DNA of 64,000 nucleotides from Spirochaetota bacterium. Its GTDB lineage: Bacteria; Spirochaetota; UBA4802; UB4802. The position numbers and the translations under genes were made by a program. Location of the stretch: NCBI GenBank assembly GCA_029907515.1, contig JARYLT010000006.1, forward strand, positions 62 to 64,061, given 5' to 3'. Below the pieces are notes generated by a model. That model made no database searches. It saw nothing but the letters and a program-made list of their open reading frames with translations, and was not told the DNA's origin. Of this stretch, positions 1 through 10,738 are shown piece by piece. The stretch's first letter is position 1. Each line of letters opens with the position of its first letter.

Positions 1-97
1 AATATCTTTTTTCAAACTTGTTGGTTTAAAAATTTTTTTGATCAGCACTGTCAAGCAAAAGCTTAAAAACTATAACAATTTACAAAGGAGCACACTT

Positions 98-1696
98 ATG
101 GGAAATCTATCACGACCAAATTCTAACGATGCAACCCGTACCGCTAACCGTTCAAGGAGTGTAGCACCACAGTCTGGTATTTGCTCCCGGTGTCTGGATG
201 GCTGTACAGGGAATTGCGAAATTTTCCAGGCTACCATGCGTGGAAGAGAACTGTTGTATCCAGGCCCTTTTGGCGAAATAACTGCAGGTGCTGACAAAGA
301 ATATCCTGTCGACTATTCACACCTCAACATTCAGGGGTATGCAGCTGGTGCAAAGGGTCTACTCAATCCAGGCCCTGAAACTGCACGGTTTCCATTAGTT
401 TCAACAGAAACGTATTTTGGAACTAAAAACAGGGTCAAACTGGAAGTACCAATGTTTACCGGCGCACTGGGTTCAACCGACATAGCACGAATAAACTGGG
501 AACATTTTGCAGTTGGTGCAGCCATTTCAGGTATTGCTATTGTATGTGGTGAAAACGTATGTGGAATAGACCCCGGTCTGGAAAGGGACAAAAATGGCAA
601 GGTTACTAAATCACCTGAAATGATCCGTCGTGTAGAAACCTTTAAAAAATATAAAGGTGAAGCCGGGGATATCCTTGTTCAGATGAATGTTGAAGATACC
701 AACTTAGGTGTGGCTGAATATATTATCTCACAGCTTGGTGTTGAAACCGTTGAATTAAAATGGGGACAGGGTGCTAAGTGTATTGGTGGTGAAATAAAAG
801 TTAGAAGTTTAGAAAGAGCTATTGAACTTAAAAATCGTGGTTATATCGTAACTCCAGATCCAACACTCCCCGAAGTGCAGGCAGCCTTTAAAGAAGGTGC
901 TATCAAAGAGTTTGAGCGCCACTCACGCTTGGGATTCATCAGTAAAGAAGCTTTCCTTCAGGAAGTAGAAAGACTCAGAGCATTGGGAGCAAAACGTGTT
1001 ACATTGAAAACAGGTGCGTACTCTCAAAAAGAACTTGCAGCTGCATTACGCTGGGCATCTGAAGCAAAAATTGACCTTCTTACAATAGATGGAGCTGGTG
1101 GTGGTACAGGCATGAGCCCATGGCGCATGATGGAAGAGTGGGGCGTTCCTACATTCTATCTCCAGTGTATGGCCTATGACATGGCTCAGAAAATGGCTTC
1201 AAAAGGTATGTGGGTTCCTGATTTAGCAATGGCAGGTGGTTTTTCAACTGAAGATCACATCTTCAAAGTTTTAGCAATGGGATCTCCATATTTCAAAGCT
1301 GTATGTATGGGACGCGCACTGATGATACCTGGCATGGTTGGCAAAAATATTGAAAAATGGTTAAAAGAAAATAACCTGCCAAAGAATGTTGCTCAGCATG
1401 GCGCAACAAAAGAAGAGATCTTTGTATGCTATGAAGAACTCAAAGCTAAATACGGCAAAGAAGTGGATAATTTCCCTCTTGGAGCAATAGGTCTTTACAC
1501 ATTCAGCCAGAAAATAAAAGTTGGTTTACAGCAGATTATGGCTGGCAGCCGCAATTTCAGAATTGATACCATTTCAAGAAGCGACCTTATGGCACTTACA
1601 GAAGAAGCAGCAAAAATTTCTGGAATACCGTATGTAATGGATGCCTATAAGGTAGAAGCTGAAAAGATCCTTTTAGAAGGATGTGATTACATCTAA
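98..1696 (+). CDS. FMN-binding glutamate synthase family protein (GltB domain-2-like)
   Basis: There is an N-terminal Cys cluster, CSRCLDGCTGNCE, followed by an FMN/TIM-barrel-like core (GAGGGTGMSPW). AGGAG lies 7 nt upstream of the ATG at 98, so I prefer this start over the upstream ORF-track start at 38. Confidence 0.65.
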   Translation: MGNLSRPNSNDATRTANRSRSVAPQSGICSRCLDGCTGNCEIFQATMRGRELLYPGPFGEITAGADKEYPVDYSHLNIQGYAAGAKGLLNPGPETARFPLVSTETYFGTKNRVKLEVPMFTGALGSTDIARINWEHFAVGAAISGIAIVCGENVCGIDPGLERDKNGKVTKSPEMIRRVETFKKYKGEAGDILVQMNVEDTNLGVAEYIISQLGVETVELKWGQGAKCIGGEIKVRSLERAIELKNRGYIVTPDPTLPEVQAAFKEGAIKEFERHSRLGFISKEAFLQEVERLRALGAKRVTLKTGAYSQKELAAALRWASEAKIDLLTIDGAGGGTGMSPWRMMEEWGVPTFYLQCMAYDMAQKMASKGMWVPDLAMAGGFSTEDHIFKVLAMGSPYFKAVCMGRALMIPGMVGKNIEKWLKENNLPKNVAQHGATKEEIFVCYEELKAKYGKEVDNFPLGAIGLYTFSQKIKVGLQQIMAGSRNFRIDTISRSDLMALTEEAAKISGIPYVMDAYKVEAEKILLEGCDYI

Positions 1697-1720
1697 TATT
1701 TATTTTATCCATTAAAAAGA

Positions 1721-1757
1721 GGCCGTCTCAAAACAAACCATGGGACGGCTTTTTTTA
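1721..1757 (+). terminator. Rho-independent terminator hairpin (GCCGTC...GACGGC) followed by T7
   Basis: A GC-rich inverted repeat and a T-run lie directly downstream of the stop at 1696. The loop is relatively long. Confidence 0.4.
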
Positions 1758-1770
1758 GTTCTTGATATTT

Positions 1771-1810
1771 AAAAAAAAAAGGGGGGGTCTTTTGAGACAT
1801 CCCCTTTTTT
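1771..1810. terminator. Putative bidirectional terminator: A10, imperfect GC-rich hairpin, T6
   Basis: The sequence is A10 GGGGGGGTCT TTTG AGACATCCCC T6, sitting between two convergent genes (stops at 1696 and 1873). Confidence 0.45.
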
Positions 1811-1872
1811 ATTTTATGAATGAAATATGTTCTTCCCGTCAAATGCGGCAATAACCTTAATTATTTTGTACA

Positions 1873-3783
1873 TTATTCGTACATCTTCTCAATTACATCT
1901 TTATAGACTTGAATTATCACGCGTTTTTTTGCTTTCTGAGTTGGAGTAATCATACCATTTGATTCTGTAAACCTCTGGTTCAGTATGGTGTAGCGCTTGA
2001 CTTCTTCAAATTTTTCCAGTCGTTTGTTTGCTTCTTTTACTTCATTATCTATCAGTTCCTGCAAACGTTTATTATTGATAAAATCATCTCCAACTTTTGT
2101 ACATATCTGCATACCACCAATATTTTCATATACCAGTTTTGACTCATCAAAAGCAATGCCTTCACGTTTGAACAACGCTATAAAGTTTGCAAAGTTTGGC
2201 ACAATCAACGCGCTAATATATGGCTTTTCATCACCTACAAGGAAAATCTGTTCTACCCAGCTACTTGTTGAAAAGAGATTCTCAATTTTTGCTGGTGCAA
2301 CATTTTTGCCAATAGAAGTACAGATTATTCCTTTTTTCCTTTCAACAAATTTAATATACCCATCAGGTGTCAACTCCACTACATCACCGGTTTTAAACCA
2401 ACCATCTTTGGTAAATGCCTCTTTAGTTTCTTTTGGCTTGTTGAGATAGCCTTTAAATATACCAGCGCCTGAAAGCTCCAGTTCACCATCAGCAGCCACT
2501 CTACATTTACTACCATTGGCTTCTTTACCCATACAACCAGGCTTGCACGCAGTAATTGGATTAAGCACTGCTGCATTGAAGCTTTCAGTTGAACCATATC
2601 CTTCTACAACAGCCAGCCCCAATGCATAATAAAACCTCAGCAAATCAGGCGATATAGCCGCACTTGCTGAAAATGAATGGTGGAATCTGTTTCCAAATAA
2701 ACCACGAACCTTGGCAAAAAGTTTATCAGCTATTGAATACTTTATTTTCAGGCCAAACGGCAACTTAGATTTTAAATCAAACTCTGGATGCATGTTGTAG
2801 CAACCATTTGCATCTTTGCGGTATTCAAGTGCCTGTAATCCCACACCAATTGCCCAGTCAAACAGCTTTTTCTTCAATGTGCTTTCTGCCATTGCCTGCT
2901 GCATGGTTATATAAATTTTTTCATACAATCGTGGCACACAGTTAATCCATGTGGGATTATATTTTTGCATATCTTCAATTAATGTTGCAGGCTTATCAGC
3001 ATAGCATATCAAAGATCCTTTGGTTAAGGCAAGCCACTGGCAAGAACCGCGGTCAAATACATGCGATAGTGGCAGGTAGCATAGTGTCACATCATGTTCA
3101 TTAACATCAAAATTATATTTCTGGAAATATGCAACTGTACCCTCTAACCGTGATGAACCAGTCCAGTGCGTGATAATAGCACCTTTCCCCTGACCGGTTG
3201 TTCCAGAAGTATACAGTATTGTGAACCAATCATCCAATTTTACACCATCTTTCCGTTTGATGTATTTCTTATAATTTGCTGCATTTTTCCGCCACTCTCT
3301 GCCTATAGCAATAAAATCCTTTATGCCATAGACCTTCTTGTTGTCACCTTTAAATGATGTGTCCATTACAATAACAGTTTTAAGATCTTTCAGCTGTTTC
3401 CAGATCCGTTTTATCTGATCCAGTTCCTCTTTGTTGCCAACAAATATCACTGTAGATTTTGAATCTTTCATGATGTATGTGACTTCAGTATCAGATAATG
3501 TGGGATAAATTGTTACGCTGACGCCACCAGCACAGGCAATCGCAATATCAACCTGTGTCCACATATAGCTTGTTGGCGCCATAATTGCAGCTCTGCCTTT
3601 GTAGGGAAACCCTATTTTCATCAATGCACAGGCAATATCCTCTACACGCTCTTTTAACTCTGCATACGTAAACATTCCATTATTGTCATCATACAGCTTA
3701 CTATTAAATTTTTGTGCAGGCCGTTCAGGAAATTTGCTGCAAGTGTCATAAAAATACTGAACCATCGTTTTAAGCTCACCCAT
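1873..3783 (-). CDS. Long-chain fatty acid--CoA ligase (AMP-forming; ANL superfamily)
   Basis: The AMP-binding P-loop TSGTTGQGKG is present, the length is 636 aa, and the C-terminus is family-typical (GMITPTQKAKKRVI). It is a paralog of the 10739..12571 product. Confidence 0.8.
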   Translation of the reverse strand: MGELKTMVQYFYDTCSKFPERPAQKFNSKLYDDNNGMFTYAELKERVEDIACALMKIGFPYKGRAAIMAPTSYMWTQVDIAIACAGGVSVTIYPTLSDTEVTYIMKDSKSTVIFVGNKEELDQIKRIWKQLKDLKTVIVMDTSFKGDNKKVYGIKDFIAIGREWRKNAANYKKYIKRKDGVKLDDWFTILYTSGTTGQGKGAIITHWTGSSRLEGTVAYFQKYNFDVNEHDVTLCYLPLSHVFDRGSCQWLALTKGSLICYADKPATLIEDMQKYNPTWINCVPRLYEKIYITMQQAMAESTLKKKLFDWAIGVGLQALEYRKDANGCYNMHPEFDLKSKLPFGLKIKYSIADKLFAKVRGLFGNRFHHSFSASAAISPDLLRFYYALGLAVVEGYGSTESFNAAVLNPITACKPGCMGKEANGSKCRVAADGELELSGAGIFKGYLNKPKETKEAFTKDGWFKTGDVVELTPDGYIKFVERKKGIICTSIGKNVAPAKIENLFSTSSWVEQIFLVGDEKPYISALIVPNFANFIALFKREGIAFDESKLVYENIGGMQICTKVGDDFINNKRLQELIDNEVKEANKRLEKFEEVKRYTILNQRFTESNGMITPTQKAKKRVIIQVYKDVIEKMYE

Positions 3784-3877
3784 AATAACCCCTCTGAATA
3801 TATTAATTTAAATATAACTATTTATATATCACGACTGGAAGGTATTTCAATAAATTAATTACATTTTTCCATTTATG

Positions 3878-6514
3878 TTATTTACTGCTATGCAATACAA
3901 TTTCCCTGCATTTTGCAAGTGCTTTTGCTATATGTTCAGGGGATTTGCCACCAGCCTGTGCCAGATCTTTTCTGCCGCCACCACCGCCACCAATCTCTTT
4001 TGATACCGTTTTGATAATAGCACCACAATCAATTCCTTTATCTATAGCACCTTTGGTAGCTGCAGCTATAATAAATGCCTTATTTTCCTTTGAAGAAGCT
4101 AAACACACTACTACAGTATCCGAAAGCTCCCGTATATAATCAGCCAGTGTACGTAAAGCTTCAGCATCCATATTTTGCAGTGACGCACTCACAAACTTCA
4201 GACTGTTGATATGTTCAGCTTTGGTATATAACTCCCTGGCAATATCCTTCAACCCTGCAGCTTTTGCCTTTTCCAGTTCCTTTTCCAGATAGGAAACTTT
4301 TTCAAGCATTTCGGCAACCTTCTTCTCAATATTTGATTCATTTACTTCAAGCAACCCCATTATCCTTCTTACTATCGCATGCTCATGAATCAGCCGTTCA
4401 TATACTCCCTTCAGTGTCACTCCTTCAATTCTTCGCACGCCTGCACCAGGGGAAGACTCTCGCATTATTCTGAAAACACCAATTTTGCCTGTATTGTCAA
4501 CATGCGTCCCACCACATAATTCCTTACTGAAATCGCTGATAGAAACCATTCTGACAATATCAGAATATTTTTCATCAAATACTCCCATCGCTCCCTGGTT
4601 TAAGGCTTCCTGCAATGGTATAATTGCAGTATTCACCGGCAATGCAGCCCATATTTTTTCATTAACTATCGCCTCCACCTGCTGAATTTCTTCCTGTGTC
4701 ATTGCCTTAAAATGGGAAAAATCAAACCTGAAATGCTGGGGATCTACCAGTGAACCTGCCTGCTTTACATGCTGCCCCAAAACGTGACGCAGTGCTGCCT
4801 GTAAAAGATGTGTTGCGGTATGATTTGCTCGGGTAAGATTTCTTCTGAGACCATCAATTGATAACCGTACCTTCGTACCTTCTTGAAGAGTTCCTTTTTC
4901 CACCTGCCCTATATGGACAATCAGATCACCAGATTTTTTTGTGTCCACAACCCTGAATGTTCCACTACCACCAATAATGTAACCAGTATCCCCAACCTGC
5001 CCACCTGACTCACCATAAAATGGCGTGTTTTTGACAACCAGTATTCCTTCCTGCCCCTCATTTAAATGACTCTTTAAGCCTTCAAAATCTGACAGCACAA
5101 TAATTTCCGATTCTGAATCATATTTTTCATAGCCTTCAAACTGTGTGCTCTGAACCTTTTTTAATATTTCACCTACAACCCCATCAATCCTGCCTTCCAC
5201 ACCTTTCCAGCTCTGTCTTCCGCGGTTACGCTGTTCTTCCATTTTATACTCAAAACCTTCACGGTCAATACGCAATCCATTTTCACGGGCTATCTCTTCA
5301 GTCATTTCCACCGGAAAACCAAATGTATCATAGAGTACAAACACATCATTCCCGCTAATGGTTGATTCCCCTTTTCTGGTTAATGTTTTGATAATCTCTT
5401 CCAGTCGGTCCATGCCATTTTCAATTGTTTCTAAAAAGCGCTCTTCTTCACCTTTTATAACAGCTTTAACATTTTCTTTAGTGTCCGATAGTTCCGGATA
5501 TTGTTTCCCCATGGCCGTGACCAGCGGATCAACAATGGTATACACAAACGGTTCATGAATACCAATCTGGCGGCCATACCTGAGCGCTCGTCGTAAGATA
5601 CGGCGCAATACGTAGCCCCTGCCTTCATTTGACGGATAGGCACCATCTGATATTGCAAAAGTAAGTGCACGTGCATGTTCCACAAGCACATTGACAGCTA
5701 TCTGTGCATCGCCGTTGTATGAAATATTCCGTGTTTTCACAATATAATCAACAAGGCCTTTCAATTCATCGGTTTGATAGATACTGTCAACATTCTGTAC
5801 CAGAGTTGCCAGTCGCTCTAGTCCCATACCGGTATCAATCCCGGTACGTGGAAGTGGATGCAGAACACCTTCAGTATCCTGAAAATACTGATTGAACACT
5901 AAATTCCAGAATTCTAAAAACCGTTCACAATCACACCCGGGTTTGCAATCAGGCTTACCGCATCCAAATGAAGGCCCACGGTCTAAATATAGTTCTGAAC
6001 AGGGCCCGCATGCACCTGAATCACCGGCTGGACCCCAGAAATTGTCTTCCTTGCCTAACCGTACTATCTTTTCTTTTGGCAGGCCAATATTTTTATGCCA
6101 TATATCAAACGCTTCATCATCATCTATATATATAGAAACCCAGATATCCTCTTTTGGAAAACCAATAACATCGGTTGAATATTCCCACGCCCACTGAATA
6201 GCTTCTTTTTTAAAATAATCACCAAATGAAAAATTTCCTAACATCTCAAAAAAGGTACAATGCCGCTTGGTCTTCCCAACATTTTCCAGGTCACTTGTTC
6301 GCAAACATTTTTGTATTGACGCTGCACGGGTATATTCCAGTTCAACAGTACCGGCAAACATGGGTTTAAACTGCACCATGCCGGCAGTTGTAAACAGCAG
6401 TGTTGGATCATCCTTTGGTATAAGTGAACTTGAAGGGACAATTCTGTGATCCCGCTCTTTAAAAAATGTAATAAATGATGTCCGCAAATCATGTACCTTC
6501 ATCATACTGTGCAT
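3878..6514 (-). CDS. alaS: Alanine--tRNA ligase
   Basis: The product is 878 aa with a class-II core, the HxxxH editing motif (HTATHLLQAALRHVLG), a Gly-rich C-terminal DHHA1 region (GGGGGGRKD) and a Cys cluster. The true start may be one of the downstream Met residues (MMK). Confidence 0.9.
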   Translation of the reverse strand: MHSMMKVHDLRTSFITFFKERDHRIVPSSSLIPKDDPTLLFTTAGMVQFKPMFAGTVELEYTRAASIQKCLRTSDLENVGKTKRHCTFFEMLGNFSFGDYFKKEAIQWAWEYSTDVIGFPKEDIWVSIYIDDDEAFDIWHKNIGLPKEKIVRLGKEDNFWGPAGDSGACGPCSELYLDRGPSFGCGKPDCKPGCDCERFLEFWNLVFNQYFQDTEGVLHPLPRTGIDTGMGLERLATLVQNVDSIYQTDELKGLVDYIVKTRNISYNGDAQIAVNVLVEHARALTFAISDGAYPSNEGRGYVLRRILRRALRYGRQIGIHEPFVYTIVDPLVTAMGKQYPELSDTKENVKAVIKGEEERFLETIENGMDRLEEIIKTLTRKGESTISGNDVFVLYDTFGFPVEMTEEIARENGLRIDREGFEYKMEEQRNRGRQSWKGVEGRIDGVVGEILKKVQSTQFEGYEKYDSESEIIVLSDFEGLKSHLNEGQEGILVVKNTPFYGESGGQVGDTGYIIGGSGTFRVVDTKKSGDLIVHIGQVEKGTLQEGTKVRLSIDGLRRNLTRANHTATHLLQAALRHVLGQHVKQAGSLVDPQHFRFDFSHFKAMTQEEIQQVEAIVNEKIWAALPVNTAIIPLQEALNQGAMGVFDEKYSDIVRMVSISDFSKELCGGTHVDNTGKIGVFRIMRESSPGAGVRRIEGVTLKGVYERLIHEHAIVRRIMGLLEVNESNIEKKVAEMLEKVSYLEKELEKAKAAGLKDIARELYTKAEHINSLKFVSASLQNMDAEALRTLADYIRELSDTVVVCLASSKENKAFIIAAATKGAIDKGIDCGAIIKTVSKEIGGGGGGRKDLAQAGGKSPEHIAKALAKCREIVLHSSK

Positions 6515-6621
6515 TCCTTATAAATAAAAATAAAATCACATTAATGTTCAAAACAATGTAAAAAAACGATGTTACAATTTCAATATATTAATTATAGTAA
6601 ATTTCAAAATTACTTCAGTAA

Positions 6622-7272
6622 TTATTCCTGGATATCATGTATATCTTCATAATCATCGCCGAATCGCTTCATAACTTTTTTAATAATTTCCCAGCTAAAT
6701 CCTCTTTGCTGCAAAAAGGCAACTACCTTTACATGAGGGTTGTGTTTTTCTTTTACCTGTTTATACTTTTTTAATGCCAGCTGATACACCTGCTCAATAT
6801 CTGGCTCCTTATCCACTGTTTTCCTGATAGCTTTTTTAATGATCCCCTTATCAACACCTTTCTCAAAAAGTTTTCTTTCTAACATTTTATTGCCAATAAC
6901 CTTATGTTCCCTGACCGATTGAATAAAGTGCACTGCATATTCATAATCATTAATGAGTCCCCGTTCAGTAAAATATTGAAGAACCCTGCTGATAGTAGTT
7001 TTATCAAACCCCTTTTTCATAAGATATTTTTTTATATCGTGTTCAGTACGGCTACGGATGCTGATATAATACAATGCCTTTTCCTTACACTCAAAGAGCA
7101 TGGATTCTTCTTTTAAATGATTATATGCGTCAATATCAATGGCCACACCCCTTCGTAACAATCCTGAAGGGACAGAAGCATTGTCCACCCGAAAATATTC
7201 GCCAGTATCCAGTGTTATCCGAATATAGCGATCAGTATATTCAATATCCTGTATAATCATTGCATCACACAC
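6622..7272 (-). CDS. recX: Recombination regulator RecX
   Basis: Three helical RecX-type repeats are visible (YLMKKGF..., KLFEKGVDKGIIKKAI, FLQQRGFSWEIIKKVM). It lies immediately upstream of alaS, as in many bacteria. Confidence 0.6.
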   Translation of the reverse strand: MCDAMIIQDIEYTDRYIRITLDTGEYFRVDNASVPSGLLRRGVAIDIDAYNHLKEESMLFECKEKALYYISIRSRTEHDIKKYLMKKGFDKTTISRVLQYFTERGLINDYEYAVHFIQSVREHKVIGNKMLERKLFEKGVDKGIIKKAIRKTVDKEPDIEQVYQLALKKYKQVKEKHNPHVKVVAFLQQRGFSWEIIKKVMKRFGDDYEDIHDIQE

Positions 7273-7354
7273 ATATTAAAGGCGTTCATGCAGTCATAAC
7301 AAAAAGGATGCCATCTGGCATCCTTTTTGTAAAGTATATATTGCATTCCATTTT

Positions 7355-7747
7355 TTATCGTTTGGAAAACTGGAATCTTTTCCGTGCCTTTTTCTGGCCA
7401 TATTTTTTACGTTCAACCTCACGCGAATCCCTTGTAAGGAATCCTGCCTGCCGCATAGATTTTTTATACTTTTCATCCAGCGCTGACAAGCATCGTGCAA
7501 TACCCAGTTTAACAGCGCCAGCCTGCCCTGTCCATCCACCACCATCAACAGTGGCAACAACATCAAATGAATTCAGTACCCCCACCTCTTCCAGTGGCTG
7601 TCGTACCACAAGCTCCAGGGTTTGCCTCCTGAAATACTCGTTTATTGGTTTGTTATTGATTATTATAGTTCCATTTCCCGGTTTTAACCATACACGCGCA
7701 ACCGCTGATTTTCTTCTTCCTGTTGCATAATTTACTGCACTTGCCAT
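7355..7747 (-). CDS. rpsI: 30S ribosomal protein S9
   Basis: The sequence [17 protein letters not shown] ... [17 protein letters not shown] is the canonical S9 signature and C-terminus. Confidence 0.9.
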   Translation of the reverse strand: MASAVNYATGRRKSAVARVWLKPGNGTIIINNKPINEYFRRQTLELVVRQPLEEVGVLNSFDVVATVDGGGWTGQAGAVKLGIARCLSALDEKYKKSMRQAGFLTRDSREVERKKYGQKKARKRFQFSKR

Positions 7748-7791
7748 TTTTATAACCTCATTTTTAGTAACGATAATTTTTCTTTACGCAA

Positions 7792-8238
7792 TTAAAACTT
7801 TAATTCTAAAGGTTCAGGTTTCTGTGCCTTGTGGGGATGGTCACTCCCGGCATATATTTTTAAATTACCCATTAACTGTCGTGCTAATTTGTTTTTTGGC
7901 ATCATACCTTTTACTGCATGGTACAATACATATTCGGGCTTTTTCTCAAGCATTTTTCTAATATTCACAAATCTGCTACCGCCAGGATACTTTGAATGGA
8001 AGAAATATTCTTTTTCCTGTGGCTTCTTGCCTGTTAAAAGCACCTTATCAGCGTTTATAACTATAACATTATCACCCATATCAAGGTGAGGCGAGTACGA
8101 AGGTTTGTGTTTCCCCCGCAACACATGTGCAATCTCTGTTGCAAGTCTGCCTAAAACCTTACCTTCTGCATCAATGATATACCACTTTTTCTCAATCTGA
8201 GATTTTTTTAAAGAAAATGTTTGCTGCAAAATACCCAT
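7792..8238 (-). CDS. rplM: 50S ribosomal protein L13
   Basis: [21 protein letters not shown] is the L13 N-terminal signature. The gene forms an rplM-rpsI operon. Confidence 0.9.
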   Translation of the reverse strand: MGILQQTFSLKKSQIEKKWYIIDAEGKVLGRLATEIAHVLRGKHKPSYSPHLDMGDNVIVINADKVLLTGKKPQEKEYFFHSKYPGGSRFVNIRKMLEKKPEYVLYHAVKGMMPKNKLARQLMGNLKIYAGSDHPHKAQKPEPLELKF

Positions 8239-8439
8239 TATATCCTCTCTATAATACTGATTATTTCGCTGTTATGCTAAAATTATATAGATTACAAGTG
8301 TAGCACGTTATTTATATTAATCAATAAACAAAAATCAATAAAAATATACTGTTTTCAAAATTGGTGTTCAAACTTATTTTCACATGATAATTTTGTCAAG
8401 GAAATTAAGCATTTTTTACAGAATAATTTTTTTCGATAG

Positions 8440-9333
8440 TTATACAAATCGTATGTATTCATCAGTAATCATGAATGTACAGGGAGTAATACCTACATAT
8501 TCTCCTTCCACATCAACTGGAAGCCCTGGAGTTAAGATATCTATTCTTCTGGCATCCACATCTTCTACGTAACGAACATTAACATGAGTACCAGAATATA
8601 CTTTTGGAAACAACAGTAAGAATATGATCTTCTTCATCCATTTAAGCAATATCATACGAGCTTTATTGCTTAAGGGATCAGAATGTGGGGATACTTTCAT
8701 GCCGCCTGCATAATATTTGCTTCGTGCAAACATTATCATAAGTACATCCTCAATCTTTACTTCACCATCAATATTTATTTTTACCTTTACTGGCTTAACA
8801 GTAAAAAGTGTTTGCAGCACACCTATAACATAGCCAATTTTACCCAGCCTTCTATATCTGTCAAAAATTGACGCCACTTTTGCCCCAAAACCAGCATCTC
8901 CAACACCGACAAAATATCGAAAGTTTTCTTCAGTAATTACTTTTGATAACCTTATTTTAATATCAATTCCATTAATAATTCGTTGGTAAATCTCTTCAAT
9001 ACGGTTTTCAATTCTTTTTGCTATTCCAAATACTCTACTTAAATCACACCCTGAACCTCCATAAGTTGGTGCCACAACAATATCAGTTCTACCTGCTAAA
9101 CCATTTGCTACTTCATTTATGGTACCATCTCCGCCACACACAATAATAACATCACTTACCGAGGCATGAGCAAGCTCAGTTGCATGCCCACGATTCTTTG
9201 TAAAAAAAACCTCATGATTAAAGTACTTATCAATACAATCACGTAGTTGATGATAAACCTTTAATCCAGAACGAGAAGCAGGATTGACTATAATAGTGGC
9301 TTTTGGCATAACATAATTTTTATTGGAAGCCAT
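8440..9333 (-). CDS. Diacylglycerol kinase catalytic-domain lipid kinase (YegS/BmrU family)
   Basis: IIVNPASRSG ... IIVCGGDGTINEVANGL is the DAGK_cat GGDG motif. Confidence 0.7.
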   Translation of the reverse strand: MASNKNYVMPKATIIVNPASRSGLKVYHQLRDCIDKYFNHEVFFTKNRGHATELAHASVSDVIIVCGGDGTINEVANGLAGRTDIVVAPTYGGSGCDLSRVFGIAKRIENRIEEIYQRIINGIDIKIRLSKVITEENFRYFVGVGDAGFGAKVASIFDRYRRLGKIGYVIGVLQTLFTVKPVKVKINIDGEVKIEDVLMIMFARSKYYAGGMKVSPHSDPLSNKARMILLKWMKKIIFLLLFPKVYSGTHVNVRYVEDVDARRIDILTPGLPVDVEGEYVGITPCTFMITDEYIRFV

Positions 9334-9532
9334 ATACTGAAATCCATGTTAAGGAGTTACATTCAATTAAATGTGATTATCAAACAGAATATTAAAATAA
9401 TTTTAATACCATTTACTATATAGATAAATATTTTCAATATATTTTTAACTAATATGACAATCACCTCAAAACTTTTTATATTACCATCAAAATAATCGTA
9501 TCATCTCATAAAATATACATATAACCAATATA

Positions 9533-9568
9533 TAAAAAAGCAGAGACTTTCATCTCTGCTTTTTTTTA
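9533..9568. terminator. Bidirectional-type terminator: A5, GCAGAGA/TCTCTGC stem, T8
   Basis: A perfect 7-bp stem with a 6-nt loop lies 19 bp downstream of the minus-strand stop at 9587. Confidence 0.5.
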
Positions 9569-9586
9569 ATAATTATTTTTTATAAC

Positions 9587-10621
9587 TTAAAACTTTTTCA
9601 TATTCTTCTGATATATAGCTTTTGCTTCTTTTACTGTTCTTTCAATAACTTCTTTTACGGTTGGCACATCATCTATTAACCCCTGACACTGCCCAATAAG
9701 CTGCACACCATAATCAAGATCGCCTTTTTCAGTTGCTACCTTTATTTTATCAAATGCAGTGGCAAAATGTGCCAGCCGAATCATCATTCTTGGCCCCTGA
9801 AGCATAACGCCTAACGCTAATTTAAAATAAGGCATATTCATCATCTTAGCTATCTTATATGATTCTAAGGCTGCATGAGGCAAACTCATGCCTTTTCTTA
9901 TAGCTTTTTCAGCTGATTTGGTTTTTAACACACGGCAGTATATTCCATCAAATCTATTGGAATAGATAGTATCTTCAATACCTGCTTTAAGCTGTGCTTC
10001 AATGGTTTTCTTATGTAATGGGCTTTCCTTTGTCATTGACAAACGGGTACCCATTCCAATACCTTCGGCACCTAACGCCAGTGCAGCAGCCATCCCACGG
10101 CCATCTGCTATACCGCCAACAGCAACAACAGGAATTTTTACCTTATCAACTATCGCCGGAACAAGAACAAAGGTGGTAACCTGCCCACCATGAGCAGCTG
10201 CCTCATGCCCGGTTACCTGCAGAGCATCAGCACCCTGTTTTTCTGCTGCCAGAGCATGTTTTTCAGTAACGACAGTTGCAATAACTTTGCCACCATATTT
10301 ATGTGCACGTTCTGCAATCCAGTCACATTTACCCAATGATACATTAATGATAGGAACTTTTTCCTCAAGCATGACTTCAGCATTTTCACGTGCACCTGGC
10401 ATAATGAGGGTACATCCTGCACCAAAAGGTTTATCGGTAAGCTCACGTATCCTTCTGATAGCCTGTCGTGTTTGCTCCGGTGTCAATGGACCTGTTGCCA
10501 GATAGCCTGTACCGCCTGCATTACATACAGCAGCTACCAGTTCAGGAGTGCTAATCCAACTCATCCCGGGAAGGATGATTGGATATTTAATTCCAAACAG
10601 TTCAGTAATTCTTGTCTTCAT
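9587..10621 (-). CDS. Nitronate monooxygenase (NMO/2-nitropropane dioxygenase) family FMN oxidoreductase, possibly FabK-like enoyl reductase
   Basis: GMSWISTPELVAAVCNAGGTGYLATG is the NMO family signature. The start was moved to the second ATG, which has a GGGGAG RBS. The product is about 70 percent identical to that of 12626..13672. Confidence 0.7.
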   Translation of the reverse strand: MKTRITELFGIKYPIILPGMSWISTPELVAAVCNAGGTGYLATGPLTPEQTRQAIRRIRELTDKPFGAGCTLIMPGARENAEVMLEEKVPIINVSLGKCDWIAERAHKYGGKVIATVVTEKHALAAEKQGADALQVTGHEAAAHGGQVTTFVLVPAIVDKVKIPVVAVGGIADGRGMAAALALGAEGIGMGTRLSMTKESPLHKKTIEAQLKAGIEDTIYSNRFDGIYCRVLKTKSAEKAIRKGMSLPHAALESYKIAKMMNMPYFKLALGVMLQGPRMMIRLAHFATAFDKIKVATEKGDLDYGVQLIGQCQGLIDDVPTVKEVIERTVKEAKAIYQKNMKKF

Positions 10622-10738
10622 ACAATAACTCCCCATTTACTAAAAATTATTATTCTCATTACCTAAAAACATAACACCGTTATACTACTATTGTAGCAAT
10701 AAAAATTTTATATACAAAAAATACTAATTTAAACCACA

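Noticed and set aside
70-600. Short antisense ORFs from the six-frame track that lie inside long, well-supported genes (for example 70..297, 331..600, 1997..2449, 5892..6197, 28221..28730, 31513..32031, 54835..55230).
   Set aside because: They are fully contained in the opposite strand of genes with clear family signatures. None has an RBS or a recognisable motif. I treat them as frame noise typical of AT-rich DNA.
6515-6621. I looked for a T-box or leader RNA upstream of alaS.
   Set aside because: The spacer is only about 107 nt, which is too short for a T-box, and I saw no specifier or T-box motif.
6622-7747. recX has no recA upstream; rpsI lies there instead.
   Set aside because: recA-recX linkage varies between lineages, so this is not informative on its own.
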